A stretch of 64,000 nt of DNA, from NCBI GenBank assembly GCA_002633005.1, contig NMRA01000003.1, forward strand, positions 2,215,172 to 2,279,171. Reading direction: 5' to 3'. Shown one piece after another: positions 37,701-50,329 of the stretch. A program made the position numbers and the translations under genes. This DNA is from Phoronis australis. Taxonomy: Eukaryota > Animalia > Phoronida. Each line of letters opens with the position of its first letter. The stretch's first letter is position 1. The notes beneath the pieces were generated by a model. It was not told where the DNA came from. It did not search any database and saw only the letters and a list, made by a program, of their open reading frames with translations.

Positions 37701-38752
37701 GACCAATTTATGAAAGTAATATACTTAATTCAATTGGTACGTGTACCAGACCATTTGCAATTATTTTATGAAGTGTTTGCACTTGATAAAATTAAATTTC
37801 TGATGGTTAATTTCTCCAGAGATCTTTCTGTACTTATATACAATGCTATTTGAAAGGTATACACTACTTCTTTATTTGGTTCCAAGCAATGCCTTATAAA
37901 CCCAGTGGGCTGGGTGTTATATCTGAATATTGTATAAATTGTTTAAATCTGTTAACACATGTCACTATCACAGAATAAAACTCATTCATTCATCCATGGC
38001 CCTGTCACATGACTACTAGTTACTGTTCATTGTTATTAAAGAATAATTTGAGATGTTTGCTTGAGAATTCACCAACCCGTTTTGGCCCTTCAGCACCTGG
38101 TTGCTAGAAACAGTCCCAAATAGGGACTCAGCTGTTTTCTTTAACTTTCCACAGCATTTGTGGACTTGTGAAAACACTGACTGCCCTTTCTTTTCATTGA
38201 TACACACCGAGAGTGAATACTATGAATCTTTTCATGCAATGCCTCTTAATTAAGGATTAAGTCCCCATTAATTTGCATTCAGATTTGTTATAATTAGAAA
38301 ATGTCATTAGTAAAAGAAGAAACACTAACAAAGATAAAATGATAAAAAATATATTTTTTTGTGTAAAGAATGATCAAATACGAAGGAGATTTAGGTTACT
38401 TAGTTGAGTCCCTATTTGGGACTGTCATGCAACCAGCCACTAGACAGAATTTCGATGCTAGTTAGCAGCTGTCATAGCAACTGACAGCAGTAATCTCGGT
38501 CTTAATAATTCAATCCGATTTGTTTATGATTTCAGCTTCCCTATAATGGTGCCTTCTGGGATAGCAAGTTTCCGTCACGAGTTAACCCATGTACCAGAAA
38601 ATTTTGCAAGACTTCGGTTCAAAAATCTTGTCCAGTACACTGATTTTGAAGATGGTGGCCATTTTGCTGCATTGGAAGAACCAGCGCTACTAGCTGGAGA
38701 CATAAGATCGTTTGTGAAAAAGGTTGAAAGTGCCAAATTAAGTTCAAACTAG
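31765..38752 (+). CDS. EPHX1: Microsomal epoxide hydrolase 1 (EPHX1/JHEH family)
   Basis: Phase-consistent exons 31765-32185, 33672-33842, 34944-35073, 36201-36406, 37177-37411, 38536-38752. N-terminal TM, GWWG, EHN region (FHYGF..YW..YNW), oxyanion [15 protein letters not shown], nucleophile GGDWG, Tyr in [12 protein letters not shown] and SMRFY, acid in [15 protein letters not shown]. Confidence 0.95.
37555..37722. mobile_element. Palindromic MITE in EPHX1 intron
   Basis: TACTTTCATAAA..CCTTAC..GATAGGATTCTATTTC inverted as GAAATAGAATCCTGTC..GTAAGG..TTTATGAAAGTA. Confidence 0.6.
38097..38436. mobile_element. MITE in EPHX1 last intron
   Basis: CTGGTTGC..ACAGTCCCAAATAGGGACTCA vs TGAGTCCCTATTTGGGACTGT..GCAACCAG. 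Confidence 0.65.
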
Positions 38753-39164
38753 GAACTTCAAAAGTTTCAAAGTAGCATTTGAAAATCTATATCATCAACT
38801 CTTAATTCAAGACATTGTCAAGTTTTTGAATGAGTTCCAATCAACGTGCCATGTACATTTGAGTAAAAATCCATCAGTTTAGAAACTAATGGTGTGGACA
38901 AGTGGAATTTTATTGAATAGCAGCCCTTGTGTGTGGAATGTTTTATTTGTTCTGTTGTCATCCTTTTAATTAGGGTTGGAATAAAGTACATAATTGTTTA
39001 TCATAAAATTAAATGTGTGCACATGTGTGCCTGCGTACCTAGGTATGTATGTATGTATTTTTGTATAATTGCATAATTGTATCATAAAATTCTCACATGT
39101 AAATTTTGTTCCTGCAACATGTTAAGAGCACCACTCTGTTCACATGATGCCATGCATGCCAAAC

Positions 39165-40850
39165 TCAATCAATCAGTCAATCTATTTCTGTAATAAAGGT
39201 CATAGGCCTACTACAAAAGAACAACTGGTAAGAGTGTAGCAAGCTATCAGGAGTGGACAAGCATAAAATGCTTATTTACTAAAGTTAACTAATTTAGCAT
39301 CATCACTCGTTGACACCAATCTATTGAAATTGAAAAAAGACGGAAAATTCCAGTAATACACTTCAATATAATTTTCTCTCTGTTCAGGATAATAGGTTCC
39401 TAGAAGGAAATGGTAACCGTCTCCAACAACATTGGGGCAGAAGAGACGCCCTATCCAAATTCAAGGGCCTTCCTATTTCAATCATGACTTGCTAGAACAG
39501 AAAACATAGTTTGTGCACGTGGTATATTCAAACTTGATTTTTTCCAATTTGAATTCCTTTTTAAGATAAACATAATGTATCGGATTACTCTTAACACTTA
39601 GTCTCCATCTTTGCAAATAACAATCCCTATTCGCTGTCGGGCTACTGAATTAGCAGAATTGAAGTATTTTCACACAAAACGCCTTGTTGATTTATTAAAC
39701 TTTTGGAATCCATAATTTGACAGTGTGGCCCGATTTCGGGAACGCCGACCATTTTGATTTCAGTCAAACAAATTGTAAGCTGCGCTTGAGTTACGGTGAG
39801 GTGGCATTTTGACGGAGAAGTTTAAACCTACTTGATCACGGCAAATTAGTACCTAGTACGGCAACCGCTCACTATTCGCTCTGTACATTATCGTTTGAGC
39901 ATGAATTACCTACGCCCAACACAGGCTTACAAAATTTAGAATGCACTTTTTCTAACCAGTTGTGTTCTTGTAAGCCCCATAGTTCAGCTCCATTGCACAA
40001 GGTAGGGTATAGTAAACCATTTTATCAAATATCTCAAAAACCACTCGCGGTTAAAACAACAAGCTTCTTTGTGGCTTGTCGACTGTAATGGCGACCTTCA
40101 TGGCTTAGGCTGACAGGGTCTGAGTAGCTATAGTCCACAATAACTTTGGTGTGAACACACCAAGATTCTTGTAAGTGGAAACCACTTCGAGTTTTCCACC
40201 TCCAAAATACCACCTCTCGTAATTTTTCAGGTGACCTCAGTCTCTAAACACGGCCATAACTTTGGTCTTAACTAAATTTACGGACATACTACCCCAGTGA
40301 CATGACGTACCTAAAGCACACAGTGGTTTTTACACACAAGGTCATACCATCGGCATGAAACAATACTTTCGCGTCGGAGACATTTTGATTTAGTAAAATG
40401 CCATCGTCATTATTGGAATGGATACATTCTACAAATTCATTCAAATAGAATGTAAACGAAAGAGGGCTTAACATGATACAACTTTGCCTAATGCCAATAC
40501 TGCAATAAAAATCAGTTATACCATTCTGTGTTCTCACACACGTCCGGAGTTTGCTATTATAAAGTTTTTTTAAAAATTACCATAAACTCCAATTTTTTGT
40601 AGTTTTAGGTAAAGAAACTGATGGAGGATCTTGTCAACTGCTTTAGAAAAACCAGTGAATGGGCAGTAGGAAGATGTCCTTTTTGATTACATGTACTAAC
40701 TTAATTAATTTTGAATTATATAATTGACAATATAAAAATTTGGTCGACAGTACTAAATCCATTTCGGAATCCTGCTTGGTATTCATACGTCAATTTATTT
40801 TTCTCCATATAGGCCAATCAGTAAAGCCCACATTTAATATTTTACCAAGC
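39165..40850 (-). mobile_element. Decayed 5'-truncated non-LTR retrotransposon (CR1/L2-like RT)
   Basis: Broken RT motifs on minus strand: QAGFRNGFSTVDQIFIL, FSKAVDK, GIRQSCIMLSPLSF, VLFHADG (YADD equivalent), YKNLGV, KFCK..LGV; (ATTG)n-type 3' tail near 39165-39185; many stops/frameshifts. Confidence 0.85.
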
Positions 40851-42022
40851 ACAATAAATTATTAGATTCCGTTATCTTTTTTTCAAGTGCGTGATGTAGT
40901 CCAGTAAAACAGTAGCAGAGTCTACAAAAGAATATAATCTGGAGCTTAACAATCCTGGGCAATCTCAGGGCACGTACCAAGCGCCCTAAGGAGTCTGGTG
41001 ACTACCCCTCGAGTCTCGTTCTCCCACCACGATGAAGATTTAATTCTGTTATGCCGGTGTCTGGTCAAGAAGGGTTTTACAATCTTTGTTGCTGAAAAGG
41101 CTGGGCAGCCTCATCTTACTGAGATAGAGGTCAGTTTCCATGGTCCCTGCGAGCAAGACCCAGTTAAGTGTAAATAACCCGGCCATAAACTGTAGCAAAC
41201 ATCTCTGCCTGTAAAATCAGATGTCAGCAGTTTTAATACAGCCCTTATCGCCCAGTCGGCAAGTCGAACTATTTTATTCAACAAGGAGTAGCACGCTAAC
41301 CAGAAAACTGACATTCGCAAGAATTGAGCTAAATGACGGTAGACAGTTGGCTATGAAACACGTGAAGACTAACAACAGTAAGCTTCAAAGTCAATGAGAA
41401 AATTCAAGCAATAGATGAATTGGATCGGTGGGCGAGAGATGACTTCTACGCTTCACTGAGGATAAAAATTTTCCACTGTTTTGACACTCCAAGCTTAAAA
41501 ATAGCAACTAGGTAAGAAACATACTTAGACTAGAGTATTTTAATACTAATACTTAATATTTTTAAAAAATTAAAATGACGAAAACCGGTATGAAACCAAC
41601 CGTCCTTGAGGAAGTTGCTCTTTGTCAAAATCAATACAAATTACCGTTTATTTTGTAAGATTTAAAATATACCAAATCAAAGTCGTACTTTACACATGTC
41701 AGGCTGTAACTGTTAGATGAACACAAAGGGCGTGCTGAATAGGACATCACAAATGATGTCTGTGGCAAAGGGGATCTCAGCGGAGACCCGTAAGGGTAAC
41801 TGTTTCCTCATGTAAAGTAAATTGATATATCGTGAACTAAAACTGGTGATTTTTGGAACTGTTTGGCTTCTGAAATTATTATAAAAAGTTAATCGTTGTT
41901 ACTTTACCTATAACAATTCGGTGAAACGGTTAGACGAATTATGTATGCGTTGGGTTTCGTTCCCATTGATAAAGGATTTTAAGAACTCTTTGAACCGCGG
42001 TAGATATTTGCTTGTGAGTCGT

Positions 42023-42086
42023 AATGCCGGGCAAAACAGCACTGTGAACACTTTTAAGCCTCCACAGTGCTGTTTTGCCCGGCATT
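42023..42086. repeat. Perfect 24-bp inverted repeat with 16-nt loop
   Basis: AATGCCGGGCAAAACAGCACTGTG (42023-42046) / CACAGTGCTGTTTTGCCCGGCATT (42063-42086). Confidence 0.9.
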
Positions 42087-42239
42087 GCCCGTCGGTAGAT
42101 TAGCAGATAGATATCTGGAATGGCATTGATTTAGAAAACCGCTATCCTGGAGTTGAAATTTGTAATGTGTGCATCATCTGCGCAATGTCGAGTCTGAGTG
42201 CATCCACTGGAGCAGGTGATGTTAAAAACTGGCCCTGAC

Positions 42240-42376
42240 TAGCGGCGGATTTAGAGGGAGGCCAAGGGGGCCATGCCTCCCCCAAATTCTCCCAGAATCC
42301 ATTTGGCAGTTCGAGGGTGCGAAAGGTTTGGCTAATACTCTGCCTCCCCCAACTAAAAATCCTGGATCCGACCCTG
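42240..42376 (-). mobile_element. MITE with perfect 5-bp TSD (CTGAC)
   Basis: TAGCGGCGGATTTAG...CCTGGATCCGACCCTG; CTGAC on both flanks; same family as 15521-15682. Confidence 0.8.
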
Positions 42377-44904
42377 CTGACGAGAAACCCAGGACTGGTT
42401 TTATTGTCATGGGTTCACCTGACCTCCCCCACACGTAACATCTGTCGTGTCTCGGTTGACCGTTGCTGCAAACAAGGAGGAATACTTTAACCCCCTTATC
42501 GTGTGCAATGGGGGCCTTGGCGTGACAAAGATCCAATGTGTAACCGTAAGAAGCTGAGAGGATTTTAGAGAAAAAAAAAAGAAAGAAAACAGTGCTCGTA
42601 GTTGAATTGGCATATTTGAAATCAAATTTTTATAGGTGCTGATGATCTCTTGCACTAAGCATAATAAATATAGCACCTAACAGAAACAGATTTGGACGAA
42701 AATGAATAATGCAGGCAGAGGTTTTGTTATCTTTTATCGCTTCTAGACCATCAGTTCGCGACATAATCATCGTGTAGCTTGGAAAGTTCTAGATGAATCA
42801 ATTTATCGTTTAGATTTATTTCCGAAAGAGAAACCGTTCTACATTTCATTACCACGTAAAAATGTGAGAACGCAAGTTTTTACTAAAAACCTCTCGTCTC
42901 TTTTTCCTCATTCCCACTGCAGTACTTCAGAAGTCTTTTTCGTTCGTATGCATACTTGCACGTTGTTGAGAATGAAATTTATTTTCTTTGCCATTGCTCT
43001 TTTTATGAAGATTTAAGAATTTTGTTGTTTGATAAAATCAAGCTTTAAATTTTCTGTTCACTTAATTTTTTTAATAGTTTTGAGCTTCATATCAAATTAT
43101 TCGTGCTTTGTTGTTCTTCTAGTTTGTTTAGAGTGACTTTTTAGCCCAGTGGGCAGGGTGTTCAAATAACACTGGTCACTGAATAAATGTATTTCCTCTC
43201 TCTATTCTTTACACAAAATATTAGCTTAGAATGTGCGACTGTGGCGTATATTTTAAGTGCCTCTCGAAGCACCAGACTCATTTGAATAAGCGATTGAAAA
43301 TTTATATGTGGCCTTTTTGTTATGCACTTATTTCTCCTTGAAATGACGTCTGGCGACACAGTCATAGGAATTGACAGTTCACGGAAGTGCCTAATGCAAT
43401 GAATCCTGCTGTTGGAGAACAACAGTCAAATGTGCAAGCTTTGTGCTTGCACCCATGAATCTGCCACTCAAGTGGCACATTTACGAACCCCATAATTCTC
43501 TTTGCAGTTTGCCCCTCCTCCAATCCTCGACGTAATAATTACATTTCACTCCAGTCCGTTAAGAGCCAACAATGAGCTCTATTGTCCCAAGCTGTGCCTT
43601 TTGTTGTTAATGACTATCAGAATGGTTTTAAGTATCAATCTGAGTCAACAAATTAACATTATTTAAATATACATTGCCGTAATGTGACCCCCAATCAAAA
43701 GTGGGGTGTTTTTCCGAGCGTTTCTATATAACCTAACATATCAGTTGCCAGTACCAGATAGGTAAGGCATTATTAATTTTTAGAGCGCAACTAGCTCCGG
43801 TTTCAAAATAAACTTTCAGTTGTCTGCGTTGGGTATCAAATGGGCGTACTTGTAAAGCACCACGGTAAGATTTTGTTTATTTGAGACTACAACTGATATA
43901 AAAATACCCTTTATGCGTGAACTCTGCAACAAACGTTTCTATTCTGAACTGTTTTGACGCTTCACTGGCAGGGACAATTCAAAAGGCACGGCGAACAAAA
44001 TGAGCTGGTAATTGGTTTGTAAGAGTAGGAAAAGGTGGCTAGTCTAAAGAAACATGTTTAGTTCGACATCAAGTGAAACATGAAATCTATTGAAGATGAG
44101 TTTGTAGCCCGGAGTTAGTAGTACAAAGACTATCTGTCTCATTCGATGTGTATTCCGACTGACGGGTACGACGCGAATAGGTAAGGCTTGTATTACATGT
44201 ATTAGGAAATTGCTGCTGCGCTCAATCAAAAATCTGAACTTGTTTCTAGGGATAACTGTGCTCAAACAGCGATCTAGAATATCCATTTTACATTAGGCGT
44301 GTTACCTAAACAAAGATTCGTGTTTTAAACGTCAGTTCCACGAGGCCATGTTTAAACTGCGGATTCAACTAGTTAGTCGGGTCGACGAACTCATACGACC
44401 AACTGATACGATCGGGGTCAGATAGTAATTAGTTTCATGAAGGAAATTCAAATTGCTTCGGTCCCTTGTGGCGGGATTCCAAAGAAAATCGTGGTGACCA
44501 ACTAGCATTTATAAATTTTGTTTGTCGCATATGGCTGTATTATTCATCACGAAGAGTTAGACAAATGCCATTTAGTTTGTCACGTATTATTGCTAACTGC
44601 GGGTGGCATGCGCCCGCGCTAATTAACCTTATCATTACAGTGAATGTCGCTTTACCATATGATCAATTCAGTGTCAAACATTCACTGCCTATTTGGAAAA
44701 GATGTGCACATTTAACATGATCACATTGATTCATTATCAACGTAGTTTCTCAATCGCTGTTTTTGTTTCCAGGTGATGCAGCCCTGTGTTTTATCTTGCA
44801 CTATTGAGGGTTTGCGTAGATTTGTGTTTGCCGGACGATTTGAGGGAGTAGATAGAGGTGTTTGTTCACGCGGTTTAAGACAGTAGTGTCAGACAGCATT
44901 AACT

Positions 44905-46866
44905 ATGCTCCTTGTTCACACAGCTGGATTAGTTATGTCAGCCTCCGATAACACTCGTTTTTCTCACAAAAAGTGTGCTCCTATAGTAACTGTTTATCAT
45001 TCTCAAAGTAGCCTTAAGAAATCCGTCAAGAAAGAATTACAAAATAGAAGTACAGTATACGCTACATCGAAAATGGTAGGTGTGACGCCAAGTCAGGGTC
45101 AGAGAATGAGGCCAGCCGCTACCAGAGTGAGTAAGTTTTACGACGACGACATTTCGTGGGGTGCAAAAATGTTACACAGGCGTGGAGACGAGTTAAAACG
45201 GTTCCCGAAAGACGACATCAATCTGCGAGTGGGCAATGATTCAGGCTCAGAAACAAGTGCCACCGAGAATGGCCGTGCACAAGGGAGTGCGAAAACTTAC
45301 AGGAGCATTGATATAAGTCAAAAACTTGCTAAAACTAGGCATAATGCCTATAAAAGCGACACCGAAAAAAGTGAAACTAGGGGAGTGGCAAGTGATGTGC
45401 AGGCCTTCAATCACGTACTGGAATGCGCATCATATAAAATACGAATTGGAACTTTGTCAGCACAAGTGAGAGATCTCGGTAAAAGCAAATGCAAACACGC
45501 AATGTCACAGTATAGACAACCCTCGGGACATGAAGACAGTAACAATGAAGAAGCGTCAAGCGTGACAGGTCAAACAGACTGTCACGATAAAGGCGAGTGT
45601 GAGAAATGTGAGAGCATCGCGGAGTATGACGAAGATAAAATGATAGTTGATATTGAAGGTTGGGTAAACACCTTTGACGCAAATTCACTTGCCTCTTCCT
45701 CAGACGATGCTACATTCAGCGAGAGTCTGAGCTATGTGGAGAGAGAGGATAGCGATCAGGGATGCGGAAGGTTGGCAGACAGGAAAAGTGTGGAATCTAG
45801 AACATCCATTACATTAGATGATTCAAAATCAATTGTTCTAAGAAAAAGTCGCCCCTTGAGCCTCCTGTCCAAATCATACGCGGGTGCAAACCCTGGTAAT
45901 GTTATTAACGTCTACTCTGAAGCAGTTCATCAGAAGGAGAGAGTTGCAAATGTGGACAATAAAGACCTTAGAAATGAATTGAACACTAGTAAGGGCCAGA
46001 GTGACGGTTTCACTTCACAGGCTAATGTAACACTTGGTAATATTAATGCAGAACCTCAGTGCAATAACCAAGCAAATATTTATATTGCCGATAATACAGA
46101 GTCGAATACCGCGGATGATAAGATCGAATTGGATCATGAATCAGTGCTTTCCACAGCATCCTCGACTCCTCCGATCACAAAACAACCGCTGTGGTCTAGA
46201 AACGAGGACGCGCAAAACGTCAGAGTCCAGGCTACGAAGTCGTCACTAAGTGGATCAGAGGCGAACTCCAATACTACGACACCAAGCATTGACAACGTTA
46301 AACTAAGTTATAGGCAACCAAACTCTTCCCAAGCAACGGGAAACTTTCAGCTTGTCTGCCGCGGACCAGTTACGTGCAGAGACATGTCAAAACTGGAGCC
46401 GATCGTTGTTCCGTGTTACACAAACTACGAACCTGAGAACGATAATGACTCCACGTCGATTGTGGGAAACCCGTCATCTACTCGGTCACGTGCGTTATAT
46501 CGCGCATCGCCTCTTGCAGACTATGTACCAAGTGACATACAGTGCACAGGAGTGTCATTAACACCGAAAACTAAAGAAGCTGCCATCAACTCGGAAAGCG
46601 TTTCTGGGGAATCGAATCGTGGAAAGGTAGAGCAACGGAACAGTGTACGCTTTCCTCAACGAGCAAGAACCGCTGTGATTTTACGAAACAGCAGGGATAT
46701 TAAAAAGCGGGAAATGTCAAGTAATAGTGGAGATTACAAACAAGGACTAGAAAGAAAGTCAGTATCGCCAGTGGTGAGAGAAACAAAATCATCGGTTGGT
46801 AGAGCGCAATATAAGTTGACATACACAAAAGCGGAATCGCCAAAAGTCCCAAATTATTTATTTTAA
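44905..46866 (+). CDS. Uncharacterised 653-aa hydrophilic Ser/Thr/Asn/Asp/Glu-rich protein, single coding exon
   Basis: 1962-bp uninterrupted ORF in AT-rich DNA; acceptor TTTTGTTTCCAG at 44772 upstream of the ATG; candidate upstream donors AG|GTAAGG (43761) and CG|GTAAGA (43864); no recognisable domain. Confidence 0.7.
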   Translation: MLLVHTAGLVMSASDNTRFSHKKCAPIVTVYHSQSSLKKSVKKELQNRSTVYATSKMVGVTPSQGQRMRPAATRVSKFYDDDISWGAKMLHRRGDELKRFPKDDINLRVGNDSGSETSATENGRAQGSAKTYRSIDISQKLAKTRHNAYKSDTEKSETRGVASDVQAFNHVLECASYKIRIGTLSAQVRDLGKSKCKHAMSQYRQPSGHEDSNNEEASSVTGQTDCHDKGECEKCESIAEYDEDKMIVDIEGWVNTFDANSLASSSDDATFSESLSYVEREDSDQGCGRLADRKSVESRTSITLDDSKSIVLRKSRPLSLLSKSYAGANPGNVINVYSEAVHQKERVANVDNKDLRNELNTSKGQSDGFTSQANVTLGNINAEPQCNNQANIYIADNTESNTADDKIELDHESVLSTASSTPPITKQPLWSRNEDAQNVRVQATKSSLSGSEANSNTTTPSIDNVKLSYRQPNSSQATGNFQLVCRGPVTCRDMSKLEPIVVPCYTNYEPENDNDSTSIVGNPSSTRSRALYRASPLADYVPSDIQCTGVSLTPKTKEAAINSESVSGESNRGKVEQRNSVRFPQRARTAVILRNSRDIKKREMSSNSGDYKQGLERKSVSPVVRETKSSVGRAQYKLTYTKAESPKVPNYLF

Positions 46867-47530
46867 ATTCTTCTGTTAAGCATTTCGCAGCTGTTATAAT
46901 TTTGATGTATACCAGCGCAATGGCTCCAATGTTTACAATAATGGTCGTTTCAATCAAGTTGTTTTGTGGATACAAAGTTGAAATACAGTTGTTAGAAAGT
47001 ATTTGGCTGGTTTTCGTGTTTGTGCGCACGTTTTGTGTTGTGATACCTGATCATCAATACCAGAAGAGTAGGAAGGTGAATCGTAACAAATTTCGAAGAT
47101 TAACAATACGAAAAAGAGAAACGTTGTGTAACTTTTAACACATGTAATGTTGAGCACAAATAGGGACCGGGATCTAATGTTTGTGCTCGAAGTCAAAACT
47201 CGAAGTTATTTTGTCATTTTCTATTGCGCTTTTGTGCGAACGCAATATAAGTAGCCATTAGGCTGTACATTACGATTTATGCATGAGTTTCTAGTCCAAG
47301 TTTGCACTTGATGACCTCTGGACTCGAAATTTTTAACCTAAATGCTGTGACATCAATTGCAAAACACTTGTCTTGGGCTTGCACAGATGTAGAATACAAA
47401 ATACCAAAAATAATTTCGGGTCCCGGTGATTATTTAAAGTAGGCGCTGCAGTCTCAGTACTTACAAACTAGGTCAGGGGAACATCATGTCTCTTGCTCTA
47501 TTTACAACAACCTCTAGCCCATTTACAATG

Positions 47531-47944
47531 GCACTGCTGTGCGTGAACTTGGAATCCTGCTTAATCTCAAGATCGCGTATGCGTGAACTTGGAATTGAAC
47601 ATATATTTGTGCAATCAGGTGAAAATTTTTGTTCAGTGTAAAGAATTTCTGTAATTATTGGACTTATGGTCACTCATTTTCTCCTTTACCGTAACTTGTG
47701 TCAAAGAATGGGAGGAATTTGTGATTGGTTAAAACAATTATTGTTTGGTGAATAAGATCGCCAATAGTTGAAAAAAGATTAGTTGAATTTTACGTTATCT
47801 TATTAACATATAATTTGGTTTAGCGCAGTGCTATTTTTTATCAACGTAAACGTGATTATTTGAGTGAACATCTCAAGTTTCCTCATGTATTCCAAGTTCA
47901 CGAATATACGATCTTGAGATTCCAGGTTCACGCACAGCAGCGTG
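47531..47944. mobile_element. MITE with ~65-bp TIRs
   Basis: CTGCTGTGCGTGAACTTGGAATC..ATCTCAAGATCG inverted as CGATCTTGAGATTCCAGGTTCACGCACAGCAG. Confidence 0.7.
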
Positions 47945-50109
47945 ACGTTTCAGACGGTCATTACTCCGGCCATGCCATAGAAGAACAATCACTTGTATCT
48001 TTTATACTCGATCGTGGTGGACGCTTGGGTTGTATTTTTCTAGGTACACGGTAGGGTTTGAATCTAGGATATTTCGGTTGTCAGTTTAACACTCTCAACA
48101 CTTGGCCATTGAATCGTCTTTGAGTGTACCCAATACCCGTGCTCGTTTTATAAGAACACTGAGGAAGGCCGGAGAAATGTCTGATTGAAACGTCGCGTCA
48201 GTGTAATTAGGCTACAAGTTGCTGTAAATAAACCAAAATTTTATACATGAATTTACTATACCGTATCACCATCTCAAAGCAGTTTTAGGATGTCATTAGT
48301 CATTTTTATTAGTCTTGTAAACTTGAATCCTATTTTGAAAGTCAATGTTTCCCATGAATGAAAATAAACTTCGTGCTACGGTGGATGCCCTTATTTATCT
48401 TGCACTGTTCATTTTGATAAACCATACTTAGGGAATTATAACTCTGGCCATAATTATATGTACAATTTCAAATAGACGAGCCGACGAGAAAAAAATACCG
48501 GTGTAAATGTCCATCTCACATATAGTACCGGCACGTAAATTACGAGAGTCAGTCATTCGATACGAAGTTCGTCCATCTCCGTTTCGTTATCATGCACATT
48601 ACTACACATGTCAGGCCCTATAGTTATGTAGTACATTATAACGTTGTACGCACAGGGCCCTGGTGACAGAATAAAGATTGGTTGAAATCATCCAAACAGG
48701 GTTTTGTATCATTTTAAATGCGATTGATGCAGTGAAAAGTTACCCTTTTGTTGAGATTTGTTAATTAGTACTACAAAACCATTTCGTAAACTGATTTGTT
48801 GAATTAGAATTCAATAAAATGAAGAAACCATTATTTAAACCCTGTTGCAAAAAAAAATGACTTGTCCTTCAATCGAGTTTTTAAAGCATAAAGCGAAACC
48901 TGTTCTTGAAAATTTACTCGAGAAGCCCATCCAAATGCTCGTATGCACCATCTGCAAGTTTCTCCACCCCATCGGCAACACTTTCCTGTTCAGTACTCAG
49001 GACTGATCGTTGACTGTCATAAAAACTCAATGAAAGCCCTCCGTGATATAAAGAAAAATAAGTATAAGCGACAAAATGGGTAGTTGATTAAGTTGCGACA
49101 AAACATTTTCATCTATATGCCTTATCGTAAATTGTAATTTAATCATGTTCTCAAACTGCCCCAAGATGTGGCCAAACTTTAGTATTATTGATTAGTAAAT
49201 ACATTTACTTCCATAAAGGGATCAAGAACTTCACCATGTAAGTTAGCAGAAAAAGAGAAGGGATGTTTAAGTAATACATAGTCAAACATTCATTTTCATA
49301 GTCAAACAAACTATTGTTGACCACGGGTCATTAATCTTAACTGTCACCAGAATCTGCGAACCCGTCAGGCAACATAAAAACACTGACAGTGATTTAATAA
49401 ATGAGCATTGGTTAATACTCAGAATACACCTTAGGATAAACATATTATTGTAGTCCGGTAAACCGTTCATGTACGTGGTGGTAACATAACGCTCGATTCA
49501 CATGTTTCAGAATGATTTGGACAGATTATAAGTTTCAAACTCACCAGCGATCAATATTTCCGAGTTGGTATATACAAAATACAGACCGATCCCTAGGGTA
49601 ATATCTATGTATTGCATTGTATTTTGTATATACACTCAGAAATAATTTGCTGCCCATCTCATCATAAATCGTATTTTGTCATCATCCCTATTTTTGTGAT
49701 TGTATTCAGTCATGAAATTTCGACAACTGAGCTCGGTCAAGCTCAGTCCTTTTTATTTCTGGTAACCACCTGTGGCGCACGTATTATCCTTGGTTATGCC
49801 GATCATAATTGAATAGTTCACCAAATACTCTGTATTATGTCCACGCCTACCAAAGTTATCGTTGCGATGTCCCACAAACACAAATCAAATATAGCTGAAA
49901 TTCCTTCATTCATTCGTACGACATCGTGGCAGCGTTCCAGACCTAAGACAGTCGCAAAACCCTTGCAGCAACAAATCTATGGTAGTGGAACAGAAACAAA
50001 TAATTCCGGCCTTTAATTTAATTTCTTGCACAGACCAATCACCCCCCCACATTATTTGGCAGCTTATCTCCCGAGCAAACGTGAGCAACATTCACCTTTT
50101 GATCCTAGA

Positions 50110-50329
50110 CATGCGCGCACCACTCATTCGAGCCCCCCATTTGGCGAACTGGGGCAAAAAGGTCCACCTCGGAGAACCAAAAGTCCGAGAAAACGAGACA
50201 AGTCCACAGGAATTCGGTGCGTAGTACCTCGTTTTTTTAGTCCCCGCTATTTTTTTCCAGTAAAAGATCCACACACTGAAAAATTCGAGCCCCCCCCCCC
50301 TAGATGATGTTAGGCTGGGTGCGCGCATG
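50110..50329. mobile_element. MITE with perfect 5-bp TSD (CTAGA)
   Basis: CATGCGCGCACC ... GGTGCGCGCATG TIR; CTAGA at 50105-50109 and 50330-50334. Confidence 0.8.
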
